Shown here: positions 47,485 through 58,320 of the stretch, in pieces
Position numbering within the stretch: position 1 is the stretch's first letter
Layout of the letters: every line of letters starts with the position of its first letter
Assembly: GCA_030740155.1 (NCBI GenBank)
Contig: JASLXV010000008.1
Coordinates: 1 to 64,000, forward strand
Reading direction: 5' to 3'
DNA: 64,000 nucleotides
From: Dehalococcoidia bacterium
GTDB taxonomy: Bacteria > Chloroflexota > Dehalococcoidia > Lucifugimonadales > UBA3495
Notes under the pieces: model-generated
Told to the model about the DNA's origin: nothing
Databases searched by the model: none
The model's input: only the letters and a program-made list of their open reading frames with translations
Made by a program: the position numbers and the translations under genes

Positions 47485-48558
47485 GTGAGGAAAATAAAAG
47501 TCGCAATTATCGGAGTCGGTAATTGCGCGTCCTCATTGGTCCAAGGCATTCACAAGTACGTCGAATTACCGGAGGAAGGCGAAGTTTCCGGGGTGATGCA
47601 CCCGAGAATCGGCGACTACCGGATTGAGGACATCGAGGTGGTGGCCGCTTTCGATGTCGACGAGACCAAAGTGGGTAAGGATCTGTCGGAGGCCATATTC
47701 GCCGGCCCCAACAACACCCTGAAGTTCGCGGAGGTCCCCCACATGGGGGTAACCGTCGAACGGGGCATGACTCATGATAGCATCGGCAAGTACGTGAAGC
47801 ACCTGGTGAAGAAGTCTTCGCATCCCACGGCCAACATCGTAAGCATTCTCGAAGACCGGGAAGTTGACGTGGTGATCAACTACCTGCCAGTTGGCAGCGA
47901 GGACGCTACCAAGTGGTACGTGGAGCAGATACTCAACGCCAGATGCGGCATGGTCAACTGCGTCCCGGTCTTCATCGCCAGAGAAGATTACTGGCAGGGC
48001 CGCTTTCAGGAGCGAGGGTTGCCGATCATCGGTGATGACATCAAGTCCCAGGTGGGCGCGACCATCCTTCACCGGGTCCTCACGCGCCTGTTCGAAGACC
48101 GTGGGGCGGAGATCGAGAACACCTACCAGTTGAACTTCGGCGGTAACACCGATTTCCTGAATATGCTGGAACGGGAACGGCTGATCTCCAAGAAGATCTC
48201 CAAGACCGGAGCGGTCACCTCCCAGATGGACGACGAAATCGACCCGGACAACATTCATATCGGTCCCAGCGACCACGTACCCTGGCTCAAGGATCGCAAG
48301 TGGTGTTACGTTCGCCTGGAGGGCAAGGTGTTTGGCGGCGCCCCGATCAGCTTAGAAGCTAAACTAGAGGTGTGGGACAGCCCGAACTCCGCGGGGGTGG
48401 TGGTGGATGCTATTCGGTGCGCCAAGCTGGCGTTGGACCGGGGCCTGGGAGGGGCGGTGGCGGGCCCCAGCGCGTATTTCATGAAGTCCCCACCGACACA
48501 ATATACCGATGACGTTGCCAGGGATATGGTAGAGGCCTTTATTGCCGGTGAGGGCTAG
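47485..48558 (+). CDS. ino1: myo-inositol-1-phosphate synthase
   Basis: [47 protein letters not shown] with AAGGAG SD. Confidence 0.94.
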   Translation: MRKIKVAIIGVGNCASSLVQGIHKYVELPEEGEVSGVMHPRIGDYRIEDIEVVAAFDVDETKVGKDLSEAIFAGPNNTLKFAEVPHMGVTVERGMTHDSIGKYVKHLVKKSSHPTANIVSILEDREVDVVINYLPVGSEDATKWYVEQILNARCGMVNCVPVFIAREDYWQGRFQERGLPIIGDDIKSQVGATILHRVLTRLFEDRGAEIENTYQLNFGGNTDFLNMLERERLISKKISKTGAVTSQMDDEIDPDNIHIGPSDHVPWLKDRKWCYVRLEGKVFGGAPISLEAKLEVWDSPNSAGVVVDAIRCAKLALDRGLGGAVAGPSAYFMKSPPTQYTDDVARDMVEAFIAGEG

Positions 48559-48605
48559 CCCGGCCAAAGGAAACTGTTTCCGGCGCTCGGGCTCGGAGAG
48601 ACTGC

Positions 48606-49748
48606 TTGAAGATCGCAATGGTGTCGCCCTACGACTTCACCTGGCCCGGGGGCGTGGCTGCTCATGTGGCCCAGCTGGCTCGTGAGCTTGGCCGGTCCGG
48701 GCACGAGGTACAGGTGCTGGCGCCCCATTCGCCCAGCCGGCAGCAACTCGATGCCGACCAGTTCGTCCCCTTGGGCCGGTCGGTCCCGCTGCCCAGCGGC
48801 GGCTCCATCGCCCGGGTCTCCCTCTCCTGGTGGTTGTATCCAAAGGTGCGGGCCCTGCTCCAACAGGAAGACTTCGACATTATCCACCTGCACGAGCCCA
48901 TGGCCCCGATCCTTCCCCTTTGCGTGCTGGAGTTTTCCAACGCCGTGAACGTGGGCACTTTCCACGCATCGTACAGCCATCAACACCTCTACCGGCTGAC
49001 CCACCCGATCATCAAGCGGTGGTACCAACGTCTCGATGGGGGTATCGCGGTATCACCGGCAGCCTGCCGCTACGTGAACAACTCCTTCCCCGCCGACTAC
49101 CGGATAATACCCAACGGCATCGACGTGGACCACTTTACCCGCAACTCAACTCCCTGGCCGGAATACCAGGACGGGAAGACGAATATCCTGTTCGTGGGCC
49201 GGCTGGAGAAGCGGAAGGGACTCAAGTATCTCCTGGAAGCCTACAGCCGGTTGAAATGGGATCTCCCCAACATCCGCCTCCTGGTGGTTGGGCCGGGCAA
49301 CCCGGACCGGGACTCCTACCGAATCATCGGCGCCCGCGGGCTGCAGGACGTGGTGTTCGCCGGCCGGGTGTCCTCTGAAGACCTGGCCCGCTACTACGCC
49401 ACCGCCCACATTTACTGCTCTCCGGCCACCGGCGCGGAAAGCTTCGGCATCGTCTTGCTTGAAGCCATGGCGGCAGGCAAACCGGTGGTGGCCTCCGATA
49501 TCGAAGGCTACCGCGACATCGTGACCCACGGACAACAAGGCCTCCTGTTCGCGCCCAAAGATTCCGAAGACTTGGCCAGTGCCCTCGCCTTGCTGGTGGC
49601 AAACCCGGAGTTGGCGCAGCGCATGGGAGCCAGGGGCCATCGGATGGTGCAAAAATACCGGTGGGACGTGGTGGCCTCTCAAGTTGAGGACTACTACGAT
49701 TACTGTCTGAAAGCAGCCAATGGCCGTGCCCGGAAGAGAGCAGTTTAG
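48606..49748 (+). CDS. GT4 glycosyltransferase, PimA-like
   Basis: VSPYD...PGGV, HLHEP, GRLEKRKG, ESFGIVLLEAMAAG; between ino1 and a CDP-alcohol phosphatidyltransferase. Confidence 0.85.
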   Translation: MKIAMVSPYDFTWPGGVAAHVAQLARELGRSGHEVQVLAPHSPSRQQLDADQFVPLGRSVPLPSGGSIARVSLSWWLYPKVRALLQQEDFDIIHLHEPMAPILPLCVLEFSNAVNVGTFHASYSHQHLYRLTHPIIKRWYQRLDGGIAVSPAACRYVNNSFPADYRIIPNGIDVDHFTRNSTPWPEYQDGKTNILFVGRLEKRKGLKYLLEAYSRLKWDLPNIRLLVVGPGNPDRDSYRIIGARGLQDVVFAGRVSSEDLARYYATAHIYCSPATGAESFGIVLLEAMAAGKPVVASDIEGYRDIVTHGQQGLLFAPKDSEDLASALALLVANPELAQRMGARGHRMVQKYRWDVVASQVEDYYDYCLKAANGRARKRAV

Positions 49749-50331
49749 GGCGGCGGTCGCTCGCTACTTCGAGTTGCCGGGCGCCCGGTTCTTTCGTGCG
49801 TTACGGCTTACCCCCAATGCGGTCAGCCTTCTAGGGTTTGGCTTGGCTGTGGCGGCCGCCGGCCTGGTTGGCTTTGGCTGGCTCTTCGCCGGAGGCATCG
49901 TGTTCTTGTCGGGCGGATTGCTGGACGCTCTGGACGGCGCTCTGGCCCGATTAACCGGAAAGGCCAGTCCTTTCGGGGCCCTCCTGGACTCGGTGCTTGA
50001 CCGGCTGAGTGAGGCGGCCCTCTTCGTGGGACTGGCAGTCTACGCCCTTGACGCCGATTTCAGCGACGATCGCCGGTTGTTCTTCATCGTCGTCCTTCTG
50101 CTGGCATTGATATTCTCTCAGGCGGTCAGCTACCTGCGGGCCCGAGGCGAAGGACTGGGGGTTTTCATCCGTTCCGGCCTGATGACCCGCGCCGAGCGGG
50201 TGGTGCTTCTGGGAGTTGGCCTGCTCGTCGGCCAGATAGTGTGGGTCTTGCTGTTCATCGCCGTGGCCTCCGGTTTCACCCTGCTACAGCGGCTGTTCAC
50301 CCTGCGCGGCAAGCTTGACGATAGTGGATAA
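49720..50331 (+). CDS. CDP-alcohol phosphatidyltransferase (phosphatidylinositol-phosphate synthase-like)
   Basis: TPN, DALDGALAR...GALLDSVLDR, VSYLRARGE, RAER. Confidence 0.87.
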   Translation: MAVPGREQFRAAVARYFELPGARFFRALRLTPNAVSLLGFGLAVAAAGLVGFGWLFAGGIVFLSGGLLDALDGALARLTGKASPFGALLDSVLDRLSEAALFVGLAVYALDADFSDDRRLFFIVVLLLALIFSQAVSYLRARGEGLGVFIRSGLMTRAERVVLLGVGLLVGQIVWVLLFIAVASGFTLLQRLFTLRGKLDDSG

Positions 50332-50537
50332 CCGGGGAGTTCCCGTGTAAACTGTTAGTCCGGCTGGGGCCGGGTTCGTCGCCGGTTATCGTGGACCGGG
50401 CAAGATGTCGAATTCCTCAGGAGCCCGCTTCATGACGGCGCAACCTCTAATTGGAAACCGGGACAGATCAGAGGGGAAACGGTCCTGGCGCCAAGACTCG
50501 AAGGGCCACGTCAACCTTTGGATCAGGAGTAGCTAGC

Positions 50538-51011
50538 TTGCCCAATGAATTGAAAGGAAACTTGAACGGTGAAGGACTTCGGGTGGCAGTGGTTGCGGCC
50601 AGATTCAACGAGGTGGTGACTCGCCTGTTGCTGACCGGGACGATAGAAACCTTGGCCCGGCATGGCGTTCGCGACGGAGACATCAGTGTTGCTTGGGTGC
50701 CAGGGTCCTTCGAGCTGGCGATGGTAGCCAAGACGTTCGCCCAGACGGGGCGGTACGACGCGGTCATCTGCCTGGGAGCGGTCATCCGCGGCGAGACCGG
50801 TCACTATGACATGGTGGCTGGGCAGGCCTCCGGTGGCACTGGGGCCGTGGGGCTGGAAACCGGGGTCCCGACCATCTTCGGGGTGCTGACCACCGAAAAC
50901 ATGGAGCAGGCGCTGAACCGGGCCGGAGGGAAATCGGGCAATACAGGCAGCACCGCTGCCGTGTCGGCCATCGAGACCGCCCGGCTGGTCCAGGCCATCA
51001 AAACCGGGTAG
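50538..51011 (+). CDS. ribH: 6,7-dimethyl-8-ribityllumazine synthase
   Basis: ARFN, VPGSFEL, LGAVIRGET.HYD, FGVLTT; TTG with AGGAG SD. Confidence 0.93.
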   Translation: MPNELKGNLNGEGLRVAVVAARFNEVVTRLLLTGTIETLARHGVRDGDISVAWVPGSFELAMVAKTFAQTGRYDAVICLGAVIRGETGHYDMVAGQASGGTGAVGLETGVPTIFGVLTTENMEQALNRAGGKSGNTGSTAAVSAIETARLVQAIKTG

Positions 51012-51089
51012 AGCAGTCAGCAATCAGGTCAACCGCCGATACCTCATGGACGACGGCTGACGCCTGATAGCCAACCTCCGGAGGCCGCC

Positions 51090-51992
51090 ATGAAATTCGG
51101 TGTGAGCGTTCCGAACAACTGGGGGGTCGAAGATCCTCATCAGGTGCTGGCCCTGGGCCCCATGGTCGAGGGGTTGGGATTCGATTCCCTGTGGGTGATG
51201 GATCACCTGTTCAATAACGGGTATATCGGGCGCCGCCTGGCGGACAAACCCTACTACCATCCACTCTGCACCCTCTCCTACCTGGCGGCAACCACCAAGA
51301 AGGTACTCCTGGGCACATCGGTCCTGGTGCTGCCCTACCATAATCCGATCGAGTTGGCCAAGTACGCGGCCACTTTGGACCAGATCTCCGGCGGCAGGGT
51401 AACCTTGGGTGTCGGCGTAGGCGCCATGGTCGAGGAGTTTGAAGCCTTGGGCATCCCGCTGCGCCAGAGGGGCTCGCTCACCGACGAAAGCATCGCTATA
51501 ATGAAGGAGCTGTGGACCAGCCCCCGCCCCAGCTATCACAGCCGCCGCTGGAACTTCTCCGACCTGTACTTCTCCCCGAAACCCGTTCAAAAACCCCACA
51601 TACCCCTGTGGATCGGGGGCTCCAGCCCGGGGGCCCTCCGCCGGGCGGCAAGCGCGGGCGATGGCTGGCACCCCAGCGGAATCACCCCGGAGGCATTCAG
51701 CTTGGGCCGGCGTGAGGTCCTGGATCTGGCGGCGGCGGCCGGGCGGGACCCGGGCTCGATAACCATGTCCGTCCGGTTTGAGGTGGAGGTCCACGACGGG
51801 CCTTCCAGCGAGCGGGCCGTGGACCGCGCCCGGGTTTCGGGGGGCGATCCCGGCGCGATAATCGGCGCGATCGAGGCCTACCAGGCCGCCGGCGTGGAGC
51901 ACGTGATCCTGGCCCACAACTCGGGCGACATTCCGGCGATAACCACCCTGGTGGAACGTATCGCCCGTCACGTGATCCCCCACTTTCGGTAA
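51090..51992 (+). CDS. LLM-class (probably F420-dependent) oxidoreductase
   Basis: GFDSLWVMDH, LGTSVLVLPY, SGGRVTLGVGVG, PKPVQ...WIGG. Confidence 0.88.
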   Translation: MKFGVSVPNNWGVEDPHQVLALGPMVEGLGFDSLWVMDHLFNNGYIGRRLADKPYYHPLCTLSYLAATTKKVLLGTSVLVLPYHNPIELAKYAATLDQISGGRVTLGVGVGAMVEEFEALGIPLRQRGSLTDESIAIMKELWTSPRPSYHSRRWNFSDLYFSPKPVQKPHIPLWIGGSSPGALRRAASAGDGWHPSGITPEAFSLGRREVLDLAAAAGRDPGSITMSVRFEVEVHDGPSSERAVDRARVSGGDPGAIIGAIEAYQAAGVEHVILAHNSGDIPAITTLVERIARHVIPHFR

Positions 51993-52096
51993 GGCGGCTG
52001 CCTTGGATCTCGCCATCCCTGCCGGAGCCGGAGAGGACTTCAGCGGCCTTCAAGAGCACTGGTGAAATAACGCCGGCCAGAACCACGGGCCTATCC

Positions 52097-53500
52097 CTAC
52101 CCCTCTCGCTCCCGCTCCTCCAGAAACTCGTTGAGCGCCGACCAGTCCTGCCCCAGGCGGACAAGTTCGCGGTCGTTCGCCGCCACCTGGCCGTAGTGGG
52201 AAATCTGAAACGCATCCACAATCCGGCCCACCGGCTCTCTGGGAAGCAATCCCACCAGGGTGTGTTGGTGCTCTTTCGGGGTTTGCCACTCCAGCCGGGG
52301 GTTGCCCATCTTGGCGGTCAGCGCCAGCAGTCCATGGTAGAACTCCCGGGGGTTGCTGGGGTCGGCAATGCCCTTCGACCGCTTGGCGCCCACCACCGGC
52401 AGGCTGCTCCACCATTCGGCCAGCAACGCCGAAAGGTCCCGGTTGGCCCTGCTCCAGCTGAACGTGGATTCACGCGTCTCCAAGCCGTCTCCCCCCTGGC
52501 TCCGCAACCTCTGGAACCGGAAGATGCGGTACACCAGCCAGCCCGTGAAGGTGGCGGCGGCCGCGAAAGAGGCCCCTTTTAGGAATATCACCAGCAGGGC
52601 GGGCGGCCCTTTATCACCAGCTTCCTCACGCATTTGGGCGTGGAATTCCCGCATCTCCGCCTCTATGCTTTCCAGTTCGGTCAGGTCGCCGCCGCCGAAC
52701 CATCCGGAGACCAGGTTGGCCAAGCCCACAAGGAGCCCAGCCAGGTACCCGACGCCCAATATGACTGGACTGAGCAATAGGAAGCCCACGTTGCCGGCCG
52801 TCTTCAGAGCTGTCCTGGTGATGTCGTCCAGACCACCGATCCCCGCCGCGCTGATCAGCAGGGCCAGGACGATCACCCCCCCGACGCTGGCTCCGATAGG
52901 GATCCACCATGCCGCCGGCATCCCCTGTGAATCCTTGGCCTCCCAGGTAAAGCGGGCCATGGACAGGCCGGCGAGGCCCACGCCGATAAACCCCACCGCC
53001 AAGTAACCGCTTACTACGATGGTCGAGTACAGGCTGCCCAGCATTACCGCGATCAACAGCACGATCAAACCCCACTGGAAGGAGGCGCGCACCGTGTCCA
53101 GGTTTACTTCATCTTGGGCCATGGTGACCCCCCGCCACCACAGCAGCACCAGGAAGACAAGGCCCATGAACAGGGCAACGGCAGTGTCTACGTCTCCACC
53201 CACGACGTTGCCCCACGACGTGGGCCCCAGACCGGAGTTCAACTGAGATAGAACCAGCAGGGACAGTACGCTGGCGGTCAGGCCGGCCGCCCCACGCAGG
53301 CCGCGCGAGAAGGGAAGGGACTGCACGTAGCCGGACAGCAGGAAAGCCGACAGCAGGGCGGTAAAGACAAGCCAGAAGGACAGGGCGGCGTCCGTCTCCC
53401 CGAGGAGGGCGCTGACGATGGCTATGACCAAATAGAAGGCGCAGGCCTCCAGAAAGATACCTACTCCGGTGACAGCGCTAGTCCGCCAGAAGCCGCTCAT
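52097..53500 (-). CDS. DUF4129-like polytopic membrane protein
   Basis: Many TM helices; C-terminal QTPKEH...SHYG; downstream of MoxR/DUF58. Confidence 0.72.
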   Translation of the reverse strand: MSGFWRTSAVTGVGIFLEACAFYLVIAIVSALLGETDAALSFWLVFTALLSAFLLSGYVQSLPFSRGLRGAAGLTASVLSLLVLSQLNSGLGPTSWGNVVGGDVDTAVALFMGLVFLVLLWWRGVTMAQDEVNLDTVRASFQWGLIVLLIAVMLGSLYSTIVVSGYLAVGFIGVGLAGLSMARFTWEAKDSQGMPAAWWIPIGASVGGVIVLALLISAAGIGGLDDITRTALKTAGNVGFLLLSPVILGVGYLAGLLVGLANLVSGWFGGGDLTELESIEAEMREFHAQMREEAGDKGPPALLVIFLKGASFAAAATFTGWLVYRIFRFQRLRSQGGDGLETRESTFSWSRANRDLSALLAEWWSSLPVVGAKRSKGIADPSNPREFYHGLLALTAKMGNPRLEWQTPKEHQHTLVGLLPREPVGRIVDAFQISHYGQVAANDRELVRLGQDWSALNEFLEEREREG

Positions 53501-54701
53501 TTTCCTCCAACGGATCGAGGACCGGTCCCGCCAGGTAGACAGGGGTATCCGGTAAATTCAACTCGGGCCCACCGTCGCCGGCGTAGAGCACCAGCACGTG
53601 GTAACCTCGCTCCTTCATCGCCGCCACATCTCGAGCCACGGCGCTGGTGATAATGGCGGTTACCAGGACCATCGTGGCGCCCGGCGGCATCGAGTTCCGT
53701 TCGGAGCGGAGCACCCGGGTCAGAGATGTCACCGCGTACGGACCGGCTATCGCCAGCGCCTCCAGCACCATGGGGAGCTGGGACGCCGACGCCCCCACGG
53801 GGACGCTGAGCCATTTACCTGAATAGGTGGCGACGGCGTTACTGATCACCCCGAAACTGAAGCCTTGGCGGGAGGTATTCTCCGCCGCCGAAGCGGCGAC
53901 AGTTACCGCCCGCTCGAACAGGCGCCGGTTGGTGCCCTCCCAAGGGTGTTCGCTGGTCGTGGCGTTCAACGCCACCATGACGTTGAGGGAAACTATGGGC
54001 TCGAACACCTTGGTTTGCAGCCGTGATGTTCGGGCGGTGGCCTTCCAGTCGATGTGCTTCATCGGGTCGGTGGGTTGGTACTCGCGTTGACCCATGAATC
54101 GCGTGGTGTCCCGGTGCAGCGGGCGCCGCCCGGGGCCGGCGCCCAGCGGGTGCTGAGCGGGGAGCGGCAGTTGTCCCAGGTCCACGAGGCGCGGGTATAC
54201 CAGCAGGTGCTCCATTTCGGTGAGCTTGGTCTCCGCGGCGTTGAACCCAAAAATGTCACCGCTGCGCAGGCGCACCGGGCCGATGCGGTGATACCCCCGG
54301 GCCGTGCATTGCAGGGAGTAGGTCCAGGTGACCCGTTGAAAAGGGAGCAGCGAAGTGGTGATGCCGTGCTGCCGGGTCCCCTCCATGTTGCTGGCGCGAA
54401 GATTGGCTCCCGGCAGTTCGAGACCCTCGGGAAAGTTGTCCTGGATATCCACCCAAATGAGCGGTAGCAATTTGTCGTTGGAGAGGGTGACGGAGTACTC
54501 CAGGGTGTCGCCGATGAAGGCCCGGCGCCGGGATAGGGAACGGGTGTGACTCACCCTCCGGAACGCATAGCGCCCCCATACCCGGGTCGCCAGCCAGATG
54601 ATGATGACCAGGGAACCGACCACCAGCAACAGGCCCTGGCTGGCAACCAGGCCGAAGAATATCAGAAGGGCGCTGATCAACAGCCATAGATCGTTTTGCA
54701 T
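53478..54701 (-). CDS. DUF58-domain protein
   Basis: RGYHRIGP, REYQPTDPMKHIDWKATAR. Confidence 0.87.
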   Translation of the reverse strand: MQNDLWLLISALLIFFGLVASQGLLLVVGSLVIIIWLATRVWGRYAFRRVSHTRSLSRRRAFIGDTLEYSVTLSNDKLLPLIWVDIQDNFPEGLELPGANLRASNMEGTRQHGITTSLLPFQRVTWTYSLQCTARGYHRIGPVRLRSGDIFGFNAAETKLTEMEHLLVYPRLVDLGQLPLPAQHPLGAGPGRRPLHRDTTRFMGQREYQPTDPMKHIDWKATARTSRLQTKVFEPIVSLNVMVALNATTSEHPWEGTNRRLFERAVTVAASAAENTSRQGFSFGVISNAVATYSGKWLSVPVGASASQLPMVLEALAIAGPYAVTSLTRVLRSERNSMPPGATMVLVTAIITSAVARDVAAMKERGYHVLVLYAGDGGPELNLPDTPVYLAGPVLDPLEENERLLAD

Positions 54702-55063
54702 CGGGAAACCGCCGGCCTAATTATTCCGCCGAATTCGGGCTGTCATCCGGCCGCCACGGAGAATCAACGCTGGAACGATTTGGGGCCGCACTCCCGCCGG
54801 CCGCCGAACCCCCACCGGCGCCAGCCGCCGCACCGGCCGCCAGACTCATCCATGGCTTCGTTCGAAGGTGATAGAGGTCCACCGTTGTCCATTCCGGAAA
54901 AGGTGGACTGATGGCGATTCGGTCGTTGGAAGAGATTGCCAATGTGCCTCCTGAGAAAGAGTGCATGTCTCGGTAGCTGGAAGTTCCCTCAGGAATTGCC
55001 GGGCTGGTTTCCAGCGCTGGTTTTCGGGTGACGGCCCTCGTCGTCTCCGTCGTGCAGATGTCC

Positions 55064-56002
55064 TCAGACGGGCACCGCAAGCCGTTCAAGAAGCTCGTGG
55101 ATGACGCTCTCCCGGGTGCGTTCCCGCAGGCGGGCCTGGGACTTGAGAATCATGCGGTGGGACAGCGCGTGGGGGGCCAGGCGCTTCACGTCGTCGGGGG
55201 ATACATAGGCTCGCCCCTGGATCGCCGCCAGCGCCTGGCTGCACCGGTAAAGGCCCAAGCTGGCCCGGGGGCTGGCCCCCAGCTCCACGTCCGGATGCTG
55301 CCGCGTCGCTTGGACCAACTGGACCAGATAGTTTCGCAGTACCGGATCGAAGTGCACCTCCCTAACCTCGGACTGGAAGCTGAGGATCTGGTCGGCGAGC
55401 GCCACCGGTTGGAGGCCGGCCAGCGGGTCCGCCGATTGGAAGCGCGACAGCATCTCCTCTTCTTCTGACTCCTCCGGGTAGCCCAGCTGTAACCGGAGCA
55501 GGAACCGGTCGAGTTGGGCTTCCGGCAGCGGAAAGGTGCCCTCCAGCTCGATGGGGTTCTGGGTGGCGATGACCAGAAACGGGGCTGGGAGCGGAATGGT
55601 GGCGGTGTCGACGGTCAACTGGCGCTCCGCCATGGCTTCCAGGAGGGCCGACTGGGTCCGGGGAGTGGCCCGGTTGATCTCGTCGGCCAGCACAACCTGG
55701 GCGACGACCGGGCCAGGCCGGAACTCGAACTCGCCGGTCTTCTGGTTAAAGTAGTGGATACCGGTTATATCCGAAGGCATCAAATCCGGGGTGAATTGGA
55801 TCCGTTTGAAACTACAGTTTATCGAGTCGGCCAGGGAACGGGCCAGGGTCGTCTTGCCGATGCCGGGAACATCTTCGATGAGAATGTGGCCGTTGCTGAG
55901 GATGGCCGCCAGGCACAGGTCGATGACCTCCCCTTTGCCCACCAACACCTTCTCGACGTTGGCTCGAATCCTGCCGGCAATTTCCGCGACTGTCTCGGTC
56001 AT
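55064..56002 (-). CDS. MoxR-family AAA+ ATPase
   Basis: EDVPGIGKT, RIQFTPDLMPSD, DEINRATPRTQSALLE, ATQNPIE, PEAQLDRF. Confidence 0.94.
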   Translation of the reverse strand: MTETVAEIAGRIRANVEKVLVGKGEVIDLCLAAILSNGHILIEDVPGIGKTTLARSLADSINCSFKRIQFTPDLMPSDITGIHYFNQKTGEFEFRPGPVVAQVVLADEINRATPRTQSALLEAMAERQLTVDTATIPLPAPFLVIATQNPIELEGTFPLPEAQLDRFLLRLQLGYPEESEEEEMLSRFQSADPLAGLQPVALADQILSFQSEVREVHFDPVLRNYLVQLVQATRQHPDVELGASPRASLGLYRCSQALAAIQGRAYVSPDDVKRLAPHALSHRMILKSQARLRERTRESVIHELLERLAVPV

Positions 56003-56054
56003 CTATTCACATCAACCCCTGTGGAGGTTCCTTCGGGCTGCCGCTGTCCGGTTG

Positions 56055-56774
56055 TCATGAGGTCGCCCCGGCATCCCGGACGGCCAGGTACTCTTCGGCG
56101 TCTCGAAGGTCTTTGAAGGAATCTACACTTCGCCAAAAGAATTGGGTCTTAAGCGCCGCGATCTGGCCGGCGCTGGCCAGTCTGGGGAAGGTTCCGGTCT
56201 CGTGATCTCCCGTTTCGGGTAACTCGCTGGCGATTTCACGGTCCAAAATGTAGATGCCGGCGTTGATCCAGTAGGGCATCTCCACCTTCTCCCGGAACCC
56301 TACCACGCCGTCCTGGCCGCCCAGGTCCACCAAGCCGTAGGGGCTGACCATGGGGACCACCATGATGGTCGCGAGGTGAGATGGATTGGCCGCCTTCTTC
56401 TCCAGATGCCGGTCCAACAGAGCCTCGAGGCGCTCCTCGGTGATGATGTCACCGTTGAGCACCGCCACCGTGCTTTCCGCCTCGGGCACCAGCGGTAACC
56501 CCTTGCGGATGGCCCCGCCGCGGCCCAACGGGGTCTCTTCGACGCTGTAGTGGGCGCGGATTCCGAACCGCTGCCCATCGCCGAAGTGGTCCCAGATGGA
56601 CTCCCAGCGGTAGCCCGCCAGGAAAACCACGTCGGTCACGCCGGCCTCCTTGAGCCACTCCACCTGGTGGGCCAGGATAGGCTTGCCGCGGAGGGGCGCC
56701 ATCGGCTTGGGAAGGGTATCGGTCAACGGCCGGAGCCTTTCTCCCTTGCCGCCGGCCAGGATCAACGCGTACAT
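56055..56774 (-). CDS. NDP-sugar nucleotidyltransferase family protein
   Basis: ILAGGKGERLRPLT...PKPM, LGRGGAI, NGD, INAGIY; ATG 56774. Confidence 0.87.
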   Translation of the reverse strand: MYALILAGGKGERLRPLTDTLPKPMAPLRGKPILAHQVEWLKEAGVTDVVFLAGYRWESIWDHFGDGQRFGIRAHYSVEETPLGRGGAIRKGLPLVPEAESTVAVLNGDIITEERLEALLDRHLEKKAANPSHLATIMVVPMVSPYGLVDLGGQDGVVGFREKVEMPYWINAGIYILDREIASELPETGDHETGTFPRLASAGQIAALKTQFFWRSVDSFKDLRDAEEYLAVRDAGATS

Positions 56775-57167
56775 ATGGGACGGCCTCGCACCTAAACTTG
56801 GCAGCTTCCTGCCCATTCCCGGATGCAGAATAATATAACCGCCGCCGGGAGGGTTGGTCAACGGAACCCGGCGTTCGGCCGGCCGGGGGACGGGTGGGGC
56901 GGAGCTTCAGGAACCATCGAGTACGCATTGCATCAAACCCCACGACATGGCGGACGAAGGATTGGCGGGCTGGGATAACCCGTGGCGGAAGTCATGCTCC
57001 CGTTCCAGCTCTCCCTTCGCCCGCAGACCGGTCTATACTTGTGACTAGATGGCGCTGGACTCTGTCCGCTTCCCTCACCGGCCGAGAGCCCCATCGCAGC
57101 GCTATAATTACCCGTCATTTTCCCTCGCGAGTTTTGCCAAACGCTGACCCGCACTAAGGAGGAACTC

Positions 57168-58010
57168 ATGAAGTTTGGCGCATACATGTTCTCAACTGAT
57201 TACTCCATCCGGCCCGATGACCTGGCGCGCCTTCTGGAAGAGAGAGGGTTCGAGTCCATGTGGGTGCCGGAGCACACTCACATCCCGGCGGCCCGGCAAA
57301 CGCCCTTTCCCGGTGGCGGCGATCTGCCGGAGATGTACTGGCACACCTACGATCCCTTTGTGGCGCTGACCGCCGCGGCTGCCGCCACCACCAGCTTGAA
57401 GCTGGGAACGGGCATCTGCTTGATGATCCAGCGGGACCCAATCGTTACCGCCAAGGAAGTCGCCAGCCTTGACCGGCTCTCGGGAGGGCGCTTCATCTTC
57501 GGTATCGGCGGCGGCTGGAACGCCGAGGAGATGGGCCACCATGGCACAAGATTCAGGAGCCGCTGGCGGCTGCTGCGGGAACGGATTCTGGCCATGAAAG
57601 AGATATGGACCAAGGACGAGCCGGAGTTTCATGGGGAGTTCGTCAACTTCGACAAGATCTGGTCCTACCCCAAGCCGGTGCAGCAACCTCATCCTCCCAT
57701 CATCATGGGAGGTGACGGCGCCACCACCTTCGACCGGGTCGTGGAGTTCGGCGACGGCTGGATGCCCCTCGGAGGCAGGGGTTCGCAAGGCCCCAGTCTG
57801 GCCGAGAAGATTTCCAAGCTCAAGCGGCAGGCCGAGGAGGCGGGCCGCGACCCGGCGTCCATCTCAATAAGCACCTTCGGTACCCGGCCGGACCCGGACG
57901 TGATCCAAGGGATGGAAGCGGCCGGCGTGGACCGGGTGATTTTTTCTCTGCCGTCGCGAGAGCGCGAGGCCGTGCTCTCCATCATCGACCGGTGCGCCAA
58001 GTTCATATGA
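57168..58010 (+). CDS. LLM-class F420-dependent oxidoreductase (Rv2161c-like)
   Basis: GFESMWVPEHTHIP, DPFVAL, GGWNAEEM, PKPVQ. Confidence 0.88.
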   Translation: MKFGAYMFSTDYSIRPDDLARLLEERGFESMWVPEHTHIPAARQTPFPGGGDLPEMYWHTYDPFVALTAAAAATTSLKLGTGICLMIQRDPIVTAKEVASLDRLSGGRFIFGIGGGWNAEEMGHHGTRFRSRWRLLRERILAMKEIWTKDEPEFHGEFVNFDKIWSYPKPVQQPHPPIIMGGDGATTFDRVVEFGDGWMPLGGRGSQGPSLAEKISKLKRQAEEAGRDPASISISTFGTRPDPDVIQGMEAAGVDRVIFSLPSREREAVLSIIDRCAKFI

Positions 58011-58245
58011 CCTGAGGCCCCGCCATTTCCAGCATCCGGAGGAACCCGCCGTGTGATCGGTGTTCACATGGTCTTCTCGAATATTCCGCGCTGTCCTCGG
58101 CCGCGGAAAGGCCACTGGTTGCAGGCGTGCTGGCTCTTCGACCCATCGCAGGTTGACACCGGTGAACGCCTGCCGTTCTCGATCAATGGCTCGATCAGAG
58201 GGGAAGCAGGTCTACTGGGCACCAGCGTATCGGGGTAAAACAGGA

Positions 58246-58277
58246 GGCCCAGCCTGACATACCCGCCAGGCTGGGCC
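58246..58277. terminator. hairpin between convergent genes
   Basis: GGCCCAGCCTG-10 nt-CAGGCTGGGCC. Confidence 0.5.
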
Positions 58278-58320
58278 CGCTGCTTTGTTTAGAACCAAAC
58301 GGACTTCTTCGAAGCCCTCG

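Noticed and set aside
58053..58257. Small ORFs between the LLM and ThDP genes
   Set aside because: No recognisable motifs; competing frames of similar length
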